A stretch of DNA of 34,340 nucleotides from Ginkgo biloba (Eukaryota; Plantae; Ginkgophyta): positions 16,356,532 through 16,390,871 of the forward strand of contig JANKJI020000001.1 of NCBI GenBank assembly GCA_024626585.2. Direction: 5' to 3'. Positions 1-13,819 of this stretch are shown piece after piece (within the stretch, counting starts at the first letter, position 1; the number at the start of each line of letters is the position of its first letter). The position numbers and the translations under genes are program-made. The notes under the pieces are model-generated. The model saw nothing but the letters and a program-made list of their open reading frames with translations, did no database searches and was not told the origin of the DNA.

Positions 1-811
1 CACCTAATATTATTTCTTAGATCTTTTTATAAGCATAACAAACCCATGGATATAATTATATTCTAAAATTATAAAAAATCTATTAATTTATGTATTTTGG
101 AAATAAAAATAGTGTTATAGTTTAGAGAATACTTAAGTAAATAAGAAATTACCAAGATAGAATGTCAAGGTTAATGATCCATAATGCCTTATTCATGCAA
201 AATATCTCATTATTGATTATATAAGTTTAATTACTTACTTTAGAGGTCAAATAAAATGCAATCCACTTGCAAAAATTAATAATTAGGTACTAGGGAAGTC
301 CAACGAATTGCTCTAAGGATTCCCTAGGCTCCAAAATAAAATAAAACTTTATATGAACACCTATAATGACATAATATTCATATAAGGAATATATTTGAGT
401 AATTTTACAACTAATATATATAGTATAAGTCACTATAATGGAAATGTCCTAGTTCTAAATATATAAAAAGTAGTAGCAACAAAAAAAAAAGGTTAATTTC
501 TTTATCTAAAACATAAAAAGTATACAAGAGAGAGAAACATGTTATAGATATTAATAATATGATGTCTTGGGGGTTGATTAATCCTAAACAAAACATTCAT
601 TTATGTCAAATGTTGGGCATGATCCACCAAGTAAAATTTGAGATTAACCTTAGGGATATCCCATGCCCTAAGACACCCTTTGTGGCCCTCTACTATCTAG
701 AATTACTCCATGAAAGGAGGTGCCCTCTATTAGGGAACTCTAATGGAATTTATCTTCATATTTTCCTATCCCTTTATAACTTTATTAGGTTTTTTGACCA
801 ATAAATTCAAT

Positions 812-885
812 ATATATGCACTATCCTTTCAAGATAACCTAGGATTCTTCAAGATATATGCATAATCCTTTCAAGATAACTTAGG
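812..885. repeat. Short direct duplication, period 42 bp
   Basis: atatatgcactatcctttcaagataacctagg (812-843) vs atatatgcataatcctttcaagataacttagg (854-885). Confidence 0.85.
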
Positions 886-1407
886 CTCTTTCACACTTAC
901 TAAGATAAGTTTTACTTGAATTTATTAGGATATAAAAGAGATGTAAACTAAGGTAATATATAAATATTATTTAGCCTTATAATAATAATATTTAATAAAT
1001 ATATTATAAAAATAATATTTCACCTAACATATCACAAAATAATAGTATTTCCCATTAGACTAGAAATGCAAATCAAACAAGTTTTAAAACAAAACATTAA
1101 GTTATTTAGAGAAATAATGCCTATATATTATCCATCACTTTTAACAAATGATCTCTTTGATTAATAAGATATAAGATCACCTGCAAGGTTCTTATATCAT
1201 ATAATTATTTAGAAAATACACATGCAAATCTATATAAAGTATTTAAAATATAACATTTAGTATATAATAGTTATCAAAAATTATTTTTAGTGATGCACCC
1301 AATTATGNNNNNNNNNNNNNNNNNNNNNNNNNNNNNNNNNNNNNNNNNNNNNNNNNNNNNNNNNNNNNNNNNNNNNNNNNNNNNNNNNNNNNNNNNNNNN
1401 NNNNNNN

Positions 1408-2703
1408 TATTTTCCTACTGAATGGTAGAAAAATAACTAAAGGGAAATCACCACTAGCATCCCACCAGTCACCTAGTGACTAGTAACTAGTAAGTATGTG
1501 AGTCACCTAGTGACTAGTAACCAATAAGTAGACCAGTTAGCTACTAACTAGTAGAAAATGAACAAAATATAATTTAGTTACTTGAGTGACTTGGAGCATG
1601 ACTTAGTCACCTACCCACTGGCAAGTGCATCAAAGTATATCCCAGTCAATTTCCCAATGGTTGATATGATCTCCCATCAGTTGATGAAAAATGATATTGT
1701 TTGGAGTTTTATGTCAGCTGACAAAAAAATAAAAGTGGACCTTTCATCATAATTGAATATCCAACTAGTTATCTTATCTTTTTTAATAATATCCATCTCA
1801 TTGTTTATCATTTTGTTTGAACAGTGAACTCACTATTTTGATTTTTTTCTTGAATAGTCAATTTTCCATTCTGGAATTTTTTTATCAGTCATATTGTAGC
1901 CAAAATTGGGTGAAATTTGTATAGAATTGGAATTTAACAAAAGAAGAAAAGTTGTATCTTATTCTCTTAGCTTCGAAACAAGTATAACATATCAAAATAT
2001 AGAGTCATGGTTTGCAATTTATGATCAAAATTATGAAAGTATTTCATTAAGTGACAGGAATAGTGACAAAAATTCCAGAACTAATTTGAATTCTTTATTC
2101 AGTTGGAAAATCTGAAGGTGACTGGGAAAATAAAAAGTGAATACGTAGATAACTACCTATAAAACTCTTATCTATTTAAATTCTTAGAAGGGAGATTATA
2201 AAATCAGAGAAGTATTAATATTTTGAGTTCTTCTCTTCTGATTCTCTTCTCTGTTGGAATTCCTACGGTTGGATTTCCTTTCTCTGTGGTTGTAGTTTTT
2301 CTCTTCTTAGAAGGGGATCACTTAGGATAGAAGAGGACATATTTTATCTAATGGAATGTTTTTAGATTTCATGAGAATTTCTCTTGTGAGTACTTTTCCT
2401 TGTACCAGGAAAAAACCTACATCTTTCCAAGTACCCACCTATGTTGTAACCAAGCAAATGCTTGTGATATCATATGTAAAATGGATGTTGAACCTCATAC
2501 TCTAATTTCTAGNNNNNNNNNNNNNNNNNNNNNNNNNNNNNNNNNNNNNNNNNNNNNNNNNNNNNNNNNNNNNNNNNNNNNNNNNNNNNNNNTATTTCAA
2601 GGGTATTTATTTCTTTGATATGACCGTTGCCTAGGTATATGTTATTTGAGTTAATATTTACAATTGTGTTTCTGTTGTAAACACACCAAATTCTGGATCA
2701 ACA
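1408..2703 (+). mobile_element. Probable LTR (3' part) of an LTR retrotransposon
   Basis: Repeated agtcacc/gtgact motifs, TATA-like cctataaaa near 2157, a CT-rich tract at 2220-2310, and an LTR-like terminus ...caccaaattctggatcaACA at 2703. No partner LTR, PBS or TSD seen; the left side is an N gap. Confidence 0.45.
1467..1530. repeat. 34-bp-period duplication with an AGTCAC-cta-GTGACT inverted repeat
   Basis: agtcacctagtgactagtaac occurs at 1467 and 1501. Confidence 0.85.
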
Positions 2704-2976
2704 TGTCAACCCCTATACACAACTCAAGAAAGTGATCCATAGGGACTCATGAACCTTTCACAACACCTACATGGTCCCCTACATAACATTCTAAGTACAT
2801 AAAGATTCTTACAACTAGACAAGAATCTAGCTCTCGAAGAATCTAGTCAATATTTCATCAACTCAAAAGGATTAGACAAAGAATAACAAGATCTCTATTA
2901 CAAATAATATAAGAGTATAATGTGAAAATATATAATTATGTGAGAATACAAGTATGGCTTCTTTTATAAAAAATCC
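2704..2976. mobile_element. Probable LTR fragment starting TGTCAAC
   Basis: Starts with TG directly after the CA at 2703. Shares attagacaaagaa...ctctatta (2871-2900) with 14561-14590. Confidence 0.3.
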
Positions 2977-3921
2977 NNNNNNNNNNNNNNNNNNNNNNNN
3001 NNNNNNNNNNNNNNNNNNNNNNNNNNNNNNNNNNNNNNNNNNNNNNNNNNNNNNNNNNNNNNNNNNNNNNNNNNNNNNNNNNNNNNNNNNNNNNNNNNNN
3101 NNNNNNNNNNNNNNNNNNNNNNNNNNNNNNNNNNNNNNNNNNNNNNNNNNNNNNNNNNNNNNNNNNNNNNNNNNNNNNNNNNNNNNNNNNNNNNNNNNNN
3201 NNNNNNNNNNNNNNNNNNNNNNNNNNNNNNNNNNNNNNNNNNNNNNNNNNNNNNNNNNNNNNNNNNNNNNNNNNNNNNNNNNNNNNNNNNNNNNNNNNNN
3301 NNNNNNNNNNNNNNNNNNNNNNNNNNNNNNNNNNNNNNNNNNNNNNNNNNNNNNNNNNNNNNNNNNNNNNNNNNNNNNNNNNNNNNNNNNNNNNNNNNNN
3401 NNNNNNNNNNNNNNNNNNNNNNNNNNNNNNNNNNNNNNNNNNNNNNNNNNNNNNNNNNNNNNNNNNNNNNNNNNNNNNNNNNNNNNNNNNNNNNNNNNNN
3501 NNNNNNNNNNNNNNNNNNNNNNNNNNNNNNNNNNNNNNNNNNNNNNNNNNNNNNNNNNNNNNNNNNNNNNNNNNNNNNNNNNNNNNNNNNNNNNNNNNNN
3601 NNNNNNNNNNNNNNNNNNNNNNNNNNNNNNNNNNNNNNNNNNNNNNNNNNNNNNNNNNNNNNNNNNNNNNNNNNNNNNNNNNNNNNNNNNNNNNNNNNNN
3701 NNNNNNNNNNNNNNNNNNNNNNNNNNNNNNNNNNNNNNNNNNNNNNNNNNNNNNNNNNNNNNNNNNNNNNNNNNNNNNNNNNNNNNNNNNNNNNNNNNNN
3801 NNNNNNNNNNNNNNNNNNNNNNNNNNNNNNNNNNNNNNNNNNNNNNNNNNNNNNNNNNNNNNNNNNNNNNNNNNNNNNNNNNNNNNNNNNNNNNNNNNNN
3901 NNNNNNNNNNNNNNNNNNNNN

Positions 3922-6900
3922 ATTATTTGTTAAGCAAAACTTGATCTATACATATTTAATTTCTAATGTACTAAATATTACTTATGGAAATTTGCATTGA
4001 GTAATGAATTAGTCTCTTAATAAATCCAAGTAGTTGTTTTATAAATATATAACCTAAGAAATAATAAATTTAAAGTGTATGATCTGAACAAGGATATTAA
4101 AGACATGAATATTATATCTCTTTCCATACCCTTAGTCATATAATAGTCGATCCTTAATTCCCATACACACTTCAACCATGATGGTGACATACTTTAAGAA
4201 ACCTAAATGGAAAAATCCACCTAAAGAGAAAGAGACTAAATGGCCTTATTTCATTTCATAATTTGAGAAAATATTAAGAGAAAATAATAATAATAGTTTG
4301 AACTCTCTAAATAATATCGAATGATAAACCATATAAAAATATTTGAAATATTAGAGGGGGGAGTCCTATGTAATGTAATAGGTTATCTCTTGATGTATTA
4401 CCACACATAAATTAAACCAAATATATCATCATCATTATTTGAATACTTCTCCCTTTCCCTATAGTATCCATTATCATCACTTAGATCCTAGGCCTTATAA
4501 AACCTACCAAACATACAACATTTGAGATAAAAAGGAAAATAAGGTTTTTAAAACAATAATAGGAATCTTTAAATGCATAGGTCACATGATTCAATGTGAT
4601 TAGGAGTGAGGAAAATTATATTATAATAAGGCATCACTTACTACTAAAGTGAGGGATTTCATATCAAAAATAAAATAGAAAACAAATAACCTTAAAATTT
4701 ACAAAACAAAATTTGGGATAAAGACTTAAAGCAAAGGGATAATAAAGGTTAATAAAATTTTATCTAGATTCAAGTATGCATAGTCATTAATACATTTGAT
4801 AGTGTTTATCATGATTAGACTTGGATCTAAAAGGGTGCTTTATCTTGTTCTTTTAATTTTTTAGCAATAACTCATAACTCAACATTAGCTAGTAAGTAAA
4901 CTAAATTACCCATAAGTTAATGTTGAACTTATAATCCTTAAATTAACTAATATTAATGACTAAAATATCTCATAAATANNNNNNNNNNNNNNNNNNNTGA
5001 TGGCTAAACATATTTTATTTTTCGGCATTGTTGTGCATCATAAAACATGAATATCATATATGCATAACATATCCTTGGATTTTGATCAAATGCTTCTACA
5101 TACCTTTGAAATCCTCCAATTACCAAGAGAGTATATCATTTGGTATCATATCTATGTAAATTATAAATTTGGTGAGGGATTATATTTTTTATTCTTGTCC
5201 ATTTTCTATATTTTCTTCTCTTTCTATGTGTTATCCACTTGAAGTGCATCTAGGACTGCAAGACAAGATGTAGAGATAGAGGAAGAAATGAAAGAAAGGG
5301 AACAAGATCCATGAAGTTATTTTGGAATAAAAATTGATCAAGAATAAGAGGACAATATGAGTGAAAATGAGAGGTACAAAGAGGNNNNNNNNNNNNNNNN
5401 NNNNNNNNNNNNNNNNNNNNNNNNNNNNNNNNNNNNNNNNNNNNNNNNNNNNNNNNNNNNNNNNNNNNNNNNNNNNNNNNNNNNTAAACAAATCATGGTA
5501 TTACACAAAGTAAGCTATCTAGCTAATAGATGACCACTTATTACAAAATTAGATTACTAAAATTTGCTGGCTAAAAATATAACATTGGAAAACATGCAAA
5601 GTTTAGTGTTTTCAGGTTGGAATTTAAATATTTTTTTTAATAAAATAGTGTGAAATTCTTATAGATTAATAATTCCTCACATAGCTAACTTGGTAAGTCA
5701 TTTGAATGTCATAAGAAAGATCTAGGATCTAGACTCCAGCATTGGAATTACACATCAAAATTTCTATAATAGTCAAGATATGAACCACAGGAAAAATTCT
5801 TAGCTAAATGCCCGCCTCAAAATCTATGTAAAAGAGATGGCTACTTATCCCCCAAATAGTTTATGTTGTATTAAACTTTTGTAATATCTTTTCTCTTGGA
5901 ATATTAAAGTTATTGCCAGCATATGCAAACCTTTAGAAAGTAATTATTCGAATAATTTAGGCCTCAATTTATGTATTTGTATCTTAAGTTTTTATTGCTT
6001 CCATTATAATTTATGATATTTATTGGGCTTATCCTCCCTATAACACTTCAATTAGTAGTGAATCACAAGTTCTAGTAATAGGGGATGAGATTTAAATTAT
6101 TTATTTCCATAATTATTTTATATTCTTAAAGCAAATGGTTTAACTAGATCCATGTTCAAGACTATAGGCTTAGATATAAATGGAGAACAACCCAACAAGG
6201 AGAGTACTAAAAAAAATCACTTTCATACTATACTAAAGAGGCTTAGTAGCTATAGAAAAGATGTATGAATTTACTCTTAAAAGGGGCTTATCGATATGCA
6301 AGAGTATAATTATTCAATTAATTATGATTAGAAGTAGGGACAATGAGATTATACTAATGTATCACTCACTCCTAAAGTGAGGTATTTTATAATATAAATA
6401 TTAAAAATAAAAACAGGAAAAGAAAATGTTAAAATTCCCAAAATAAAAGTTGGAATAAAGACAAATCAAATGTATAATAAAGTTTAAGAAAAGTTTGTCC
6501 AACTTCAAATATGCATAGGCATTAATACATTTGGTAATTATGATCATGATTGAACTTGGATCTAGAAGGGTACTCTATATGATTCTTCTAAGATTTTGGC
6601 AATGACTCATAACTCAACATTAGCTAGAAAGTGAACAAATTCACCTATAATTTAATGTTGAACTTCTAACCCTTAAATTGAACAATGTTAACAATTAAAA
6701 TATATCATAAATCTTACATTACATGCCCATGATAGTTGGTGGATAAACATATTTTATTTGTTGGCATTTGTGTGCATCATGGAACATGAATATCATATAT
6801 ACATGTTATGCCTTCAATTATGTATTATTGGACCATGAGTAGTTAATAAACATTAAATTTTATTACATTGAATTGTTTATGAAGAAAATATTGATGCATA

Positions 6901-8372
6901 CGTATTTAATTTTTAATGTACTATATATTACTTATGAAATCATTTATTGATTAATGAATTAGTTTTTGAAGAAACCCAAGAATTTGTCTTATAAAGGTGT
7001 AACTAAAAAAATAATAAATTTAGAAGTTAATGATCTGAATAAGGATGTCGAAGACATACATATTATATCTATATCCATACCCTTATTGATGTAATATTTT
7101 GTCCTTATTTCTCATACACACTTCTACCATGATCGTGACACACTTTAAGAAACCTAAAGGGTGAATATCACCCAAAGAGAAAGAAACTTAAATGAACTCA
7201 ATGGCCTTATCATGTTTCATAAATAATATTAAATGACAAACCATATAAAATCTTTAAAATATTATAGGTTCCCTTAATACATAATGATGTAGGTGCTCTC
7301 TTGATGAATAATTGTAATATAAACTAAACAAAGATATCGTCGTCATTATTTGAATACTTATCCCTTACCCTATAGTATCCATTATAATCCCTTAGATCCT
7401 ATACCTTATAGGACCTACCAAATATACCACATTTGAGATAAAATGAAAAAAAAGGTTTTCAAAATCACAATGGAAATCTTAAAGGGAATAGGTAACATGA
7501 TTCAATGTAATTAGGAGGAGGAACAATGAGATTATACTAAGGCATCACTCACTACTAAAGTGAGGGATTACCTATTATAAATATTAAAAATAAAAATAGA
7601 AAGAAATGACCTTCAAATTCAAAAAATAAAAGTTGGCATAAATATATAAATCAAAGGGATAATAAAGGTTTAAAAAAAAAATTCTAACATCGAGTATGCA
7701 TATGCATTAATACATTTTGTAATGATGATCATGATTAATCTTAGATCTAGAAGGGTACTCTATCTTGTTCTTCTAAATTTTTGGTAGTGACTCATTACTC
7801 AATATTCACTAGCAAGTGATCTAACTCACCCATAATTTAATATTGAACTTATAATACTTAAATGAAACACTATTAATGACTACAAGATATCATAAATATT
7901 TCATTTCATACCCATAACATTTGGTGGATAAACATCTTATGTTTGTTGGAATTAATGTGCATCATGGAATGTGAACATCATATATGTATATTTCATGCCT
8001 TTAAATATGTATTAGTAAACCATGAGTTGTTAATAAATAAAAATTATTATTATATTGAATTATTCATTAAGAAAACCTTGATTTATACACATTTAATTCT
8101 TAATGTACTATGCATTAATTATTAAAAAAATCATTGAGCAATGAATTAGTCTCTTAAGAAACCAAAGTAGTTGTCTTATAAATATCTGACCTTAAAAATA
8201 GTAAATTTTGAAGTGTGTGATCTAAATAAGGATATCAAATACATAAATGTTATATCTCTTTCCATACCTTTAATCATGTAATAGTTTATCCTTATTTCTC
8301 ATGCACACGTCTGCCATGATGATGACACACTTTAAAGAACCTAATAAGAAAGAAACTAAAATGAACTCAATG
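3922..8372. repeat. Tandem repeat with ~1.19-kb AT-rich unit (copy A 3922-~5063; copies B and C ~6312-8372)
   Basis: Collinear landmarks recur: catcact(c/t)actactaaagtgagg at ~4631, ~6361, ~7543; taatgtacta...aatgaattagt at ~3964, ~6914, ~8101; cttggatctag at ~4820, ~6555, ~7740. B-to-C spacing is ~1183-1189 bp. 5064-6311 is unrelated sequence containing a 100-N gap. Confidence 0.92.
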
Positions 8373-11300
8373 CAAAAATACATCAACTAACTCTAACAAA
8401 GAAGATAAACACCCCACTTGAAACCCCTTTAAAACCTCTTCCTTACCTCCCCTCTCATCTTCTTCTCTACTAANNNNNNNNNNNNNNNNNNNNNNNNNNN
8501 NNNNNNNNNNNNNNNNNNNNNNNNNNNNNNNNNNNNNNNNNNNNNNNNNNNNNNNNNNNNNNNNNNNNNNNNNNNNNNNNNNNNNNNNNNNNNNNNNNNN
8601 NNNNNNNNNNNNNNNNNNNNNNNNNNNNNNNNNNNNNNNNNNNNNNNNNNNNNNNNNNNNNNNNNNNNNNNNNNNNNNNNNNNNNCATGGATAAGGCAAA
8701 GAGATCAATGATATCTTCCTAACAATGGTAATAAAATTCAAGGAAGATATTAGCTTGGGAAAATAAACCTTCCCTCCCTCTATTTCCTTAGATAAGGGAA
8801 AATTTCTTGTTGATTTTAGAAAGAATAAGAGACTCAAGAGACTGATGCATATGTCCCCTATGGACATTAAATCAATATTTGTAATTGATCACATTCTCCC
8901 TCTTGAGGAGAATGGTAACTCATCTAAGAGGTAATTTATTTGAAATGTAGATAAAATAAAGATTCAATATATGGAGGATAAGGTGACTATTATCTTAGAG
9001 ACTAATGTTATCTCAAGATCATATACTATCTTAATAGTATGATTTTTTCATATTGATCTTGGATTGTGCATGGCCTAATACTTCCATGGAGAAGAGTCAT
9101 ACTTAGACATGCACTTTTGGATACTATTAGTATTCCTAACTTATTATCACTCTAAGAAGTTAAATAATAAAAATTATTCCTCAAAAATTTTATCTAAAGT
9201 ATTTGTGGATCCCCTAATTCTGTGTGAACTAATCATATAGAAGGTAGTGGTAAGACAATGTTATAGTTTTTAAAGTGAGAAAAGGATGTCATAGTCCAAT
9301 AGGAAAATTCTCCCAATAGGAAAGTGGTTTGGAATTTAGTAAATCCCTTAGATTTAGTATTATCAATGCATATACTCTTAATTTCCCCTAAGATAATATA
9401 TATTTATATGAATGGATGGAAAATTGTCTCCATAATATCTCATAGATTATATTGGGTGATTTTAATATGGTTGAATATCCCACATATATACTATGGGGTC
9501 AAGCTTCAACTCTTTCTACTCATGAGTTAATAGCATGGATTAATGTAAAGCTAAAATGAACACTTTATGATCTTGAGCCAAGGCATAATGAAAATGAAGA
9601 ATTGTACACATGGTCTAATAAGAGACATGGATTTAAGAGGTTTTAATATCATTTAAATAGGTTCTACTATATGATAGATGATTCTTTCAATTTTATTAAT
9701 GGGTGTACCCTCATTCACTTGAATATAGTCTTATCACACCATTATCCCATCTCTCTAAAGGTATTAGTGGGAGATACTTGGTCTTCCCCTCTTAAATAAC
9801 TCTTCAAACTCAATATGTATTACTTATANNNNNNNNNNNNNNNNNNNNNNNNNNNNNNNNNNNNNNNNNNNNNNNNNNNNNNNNNNNNNNNNNNNNNNNN
9901 NNNNNNNNNNNNNNNNNNNNNNNNNNNNNNNNNNNNNNNNNNNNNNNNNNNNNNNNNNNNNNNNNNNNNNNNNNNNNNNNNNNNNNNNNNNNNNNNNNNN
10001 NNNNNNNNNNNNNNNNNNNNNNNNNNNNNNNNNNNNNNNNNNNNNNNNNNNNNNNNNNNNNNNNNNNNNNNNNNNNNNNNNNNNNNNNNNNNNNNNNNNN
10101 NNNNNNNNNNNNNNNNNNNNNNNNNNNNNNNNNNNNNNNNNNNNNNNNNNNNNNNNNNNNNNNNNNNNNNNNNNNNNNNNNNNNNNNNNNNNNNNNNNNN
10201 NNNNNNNNNNNNNNNNNNNNNNNNNNNNNNNNNNNNNNNNNNNNNNNNNNNNNNNNNNNNNNNNNNNNNNNNNNNNNNNNNNNNNNNNNNNNNNNNNNNN
10301 NNNNNNNNNNNNNNNNNNNNNNNNNNNNNNNNNNNNNNNNNNNNNNNNNNNNNNNNNNNNNNNNNNNNNNNNNNNNNNNNNNNNNNNNNNNNNNNNNNNN
10401 NNNNNNNNNNNNNNNNNNNNNNNNNNNNNNNNNNNNNNNNNNNNNNNNNNNNNNNNNNNNNNNNNNNNNNNNNNNNNNNNNNTTATTGAGTTTTTCAAAA
10501 CTTGCTAAGAAGTAGTAGGGAAGGACCTTTATAAAGTATGTACAAAATATTTCTCTATATCTTATCTAGGCTCATAAATTAACAATGATATCATTAGTAT
10601 TATACTCAAGTAAGGAGGTGGTCATGATCTAGTTGGGGGTTGGAGATTGATTACCCTTTTGACACATATAAGGCCTTAGTCCTAAGAGTTAAGAATGATC
10701 CGAGGTCAATTATAAAAGAAGAGAAGATAGGTTTCATCAAGGATAGATTTATTCTAGATAATATTTTTATAGTTAGCAAGCACATGAATTGGTAAGGAAG
10801 ACTATAGCTTAACCTTTTCCTCAAAATTGAATTAAAAAAATCCTACAACAAAATACATTACGACCTCATCTTTATGATGCTTAAAAAGAATAGAAACCCT
10901 ATTTTCCAACACCTTAACTAGAGTGGTGGTGAATGGGGCCTTGTTGGTTATTATCCCCTCATAGTGCTCTATAAAATAAGGATGTCCTTTGGCCTTGTTT
11001 CTATACACCAACTTGGCATATGATTTGGGTTATCTATGTAAAAGAACCTAATACTCCAATTATATGTGGGATATCACCTTACTCTTTGGGACTAATCAGA
11101 TGTCATATAACTAATTTTTTGGTGATACTAACATGACAGTGAGGGATACTAAATAGGATGTAGATTTTCTATTGGAATAGGGATATATTTTTTTTGTAGC
11201 CTCTAGGTCTTCCATATCCCTTCCTAATTCCCTTTACTACTATCAAAGTGGGGTTGATACCCTTAAGTGGCTTAAGGATTATGGCTAGAATATGATCTAG

Positions 11301-13819
11301 ACTAGAGAATTTATTGTATTCCTAAACATTCCCTTTAGTTTTAAACTAATAAATAGACAAATATAATACAATGTAACTCATAATATTAAAATGAATTTAG
11401 CATATTGGAATGTCCAAGATCTTTCACTAGTAGGGAGAGTGAAAATCGTCCATAAAGTTTTGCTACTAGTTCATATTTATTTCTCTTCCTTCCTAATTGT
11501 CTCTACCAATGTATGTGAAGAAATAACCTCCCCTTTTAGAAATTACCATTGGGAAGAAAACTCTCCTTTCGAGTCTCATAATATTTTGTTGGCATATAGA
11601 AACTCCTTTTCCCCTCTTTTCTGAACTCTAAAGAGGAGAGCCTTATCTTTTCCATGAACATATACTCAACTATGGAACCCAAACCTCCCTCTTACAAAAT
11701 AAAGGTCAAAACATGAGTTTTGCTTAGAAAATATGAATTAATGTTGGTAAGTGCACATGCAATCTCTCCACTAGATTGAATCTAGTGACTCAAGATTAGA
11801 TGGTATATTATTTAACACTAGAACATTAAAGACACCTACCCAATACTTAATGGAGAGGAAATTATATAAATGTGAGGGATATTTGAATATAAATGTAGTA
11901 GGAAGATACAAGATTTTGCTTTAAAAAATGTGTAGGTGTTGGCAAGTGGGTCACAATTTTCCCATTTCAATGATTAGAGTGGATAAAAACCAAATTGGCA
12001 TATCAATCTAACCCTTGAATGGGGGAGTCAGTTATCCCATATTTGATAAGGAGGAAGATATATCTATATCAACTAAGTATGAGTGGTAAATGACACATTA
12101 GGAAGATCCAACACACCATACGTATCNNNNNNNNNNNNNNNNNNNNNNNNNNNNNNNNNNNNNNNNNNNNNNNNNNNNNNNNNNNNNNNNNNNNNNNNNN
12201 NNNNNNNNNNNNNNNNNNNNNNNNNNATAATATGTATTTATTTTCCTCAAATTTTATTAAAATTTTACTATTCTAAAAATTATAGAAAATAAGTTAAGAT
12301 CCAAAAATGGATCAATAATTGGAAGGACATGGCCACAAAAAGGGCCTATCTACCCATAGGTAGTAAATTTGATAGAAAAAATTACTTCTCTATGATGGTG
12401 TCCCCATAAAAACTACTCTCCCTGATATGGTTCATTGCTAATTTAGAAAAGGTATANNNNNNNNNNNNNNAACAACTAACATGGTGTAGAACTTTAAAGT
12501 GTGTAAGTGGTTCCTTTAGTATCAATTCCAATATCTCTAGGGCTCCCTAAATCTCATGCTAAGTTGTTCTAGACAATAATGTTTTCCATCCCATAGGAGA
12601 TCTAAGGGAAAGTATTAACCATCTATCATAAACCCTAGTGGATTGGTTGGGCAGGGGAACTTAATACTCCATGCCTTCACTTCACGATGAAAATTCCCTC
12701 CATGCATCTTAAACCTTTGATTGACTTGGTTACTCAATATAATCACATTTGGAAGATATTGGATCCAAAATAAGTTTGGATAACTCATCTCTAGATTATA
12801 TGGTACATAAATATTATGGGAAATCGGTTATCTAATTGGTTGTTGATCCACAGGGATATTTCTATAAGTGATTTCTTTTGTAAATTAGGCATCCTTCTGA
12901 GGTGCTCCTTTTAAAAGGATGAACAGATCCATCTTCACATGTTCTAGTCATATTCTAGTATACACTTAATATGGTATAAGATTAAACATAATATTTATTC
13001 TCATTTGTTTCAACCTTTGTCCTATAAAATAGTTCTCTTAGGGGATGTGTATGTGATGGATTGAGTTTTTACATATTCCTAGCATGTAATTAGAACCACG
13101 ATGTTGTGGGTAATGTGGAAATTAAGGAATGAGTTAGTTTTCTTTGAGTCAAAAACTTATTCGAATGTGCTTTCTCACTCCCTCTCTACTTTTTTTGCTA
13201 CTACCTAATTGAAATTATAGGAAAAGATCTAAGCCCACACATTGGGGGCAAATATCCTAAAAGGGATGGTAAAAAAACTACGAAAGACAAATATTGTCCA
13301 TATGGAAAAAGTAGCTAAATAGAATCAGACCTTAGGTGCCTAATCTAGGGGCAATCAAGAGAGAATGGATCTAAATTTTCATCAACCTATTCAATCTTAC
13401 TTCTAGAATAGAAGTCATTTGGTCTTTAAGATCTCTCAACATTTAGGTAGCTAAATCACCAAAGACTTCATTGGATTGATTGATGAGTTAAAATTTATGA
13501 CAACAAGCAAAAGGGCCCTCCCAAGAGCTTCCTAGATTATAAGGTATGACCCCAATCAATTCGTCTCTATGATCATAAAATAATAGAGGTTATGGTGGTA
13601 GATTATAGTGACTGCTAGACTAAGATAGTATCTCCTTATTTTTGTTGGGTTAAGTGGCCTCTTTTGTATACCAATTATATAGTGTCCCTTCCATGATGTA
13701 ATTTTAGAACAATGCCATTATTATATGGATGTATCTCTTTGGAAGAACTTCCCTCTTCCAAAGCATAGATGTAATTATTTCCCTTTGTCTAATATAAATA
13801 TGAATTCATTTCAACAAAA
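8373..13819 (+). mobile_element. Decayed L1-clade LINE (APE endonuclease + RT), probably 5'-truncated in ORF1, with A-tail and TSD
   Basis: EN motifs: SWIVHGL (9057; consensus SWNVRGL), GDFNMVE (9455), YTWSN (9605), HLNRF (RLDRF), SHHYPI (9734; SDHxPI). RT motifs: EFFKTC*EVVGKDL (~10488), WRLITLL, DRFILDNIF (10742), LKIELKKSYNKI (10820), SIK*GCPLALFLY (10968), WNVQDLSLVGRVKIV (~11406). C-terminal LWVMWKLRNELVF (~13103). A8 tail at 13816-13823. TSD aaaatgaactcaatg (8358-8372) / aaaatgaacttaatg (13820-13834). Many stops and frameshifts. Confidence 0.92.

Noticed and set aside
1-1307. Short ORFs 411-596 and 559-804
   Set aside because: Low-complexity AT-rich translations with no motif or splice support.
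2954-4000. Long ORFs in the track (also 9815-10498, 21967-22592, 27872-28894)
   Set aside because: They consist almost wholly of X from N gaps.
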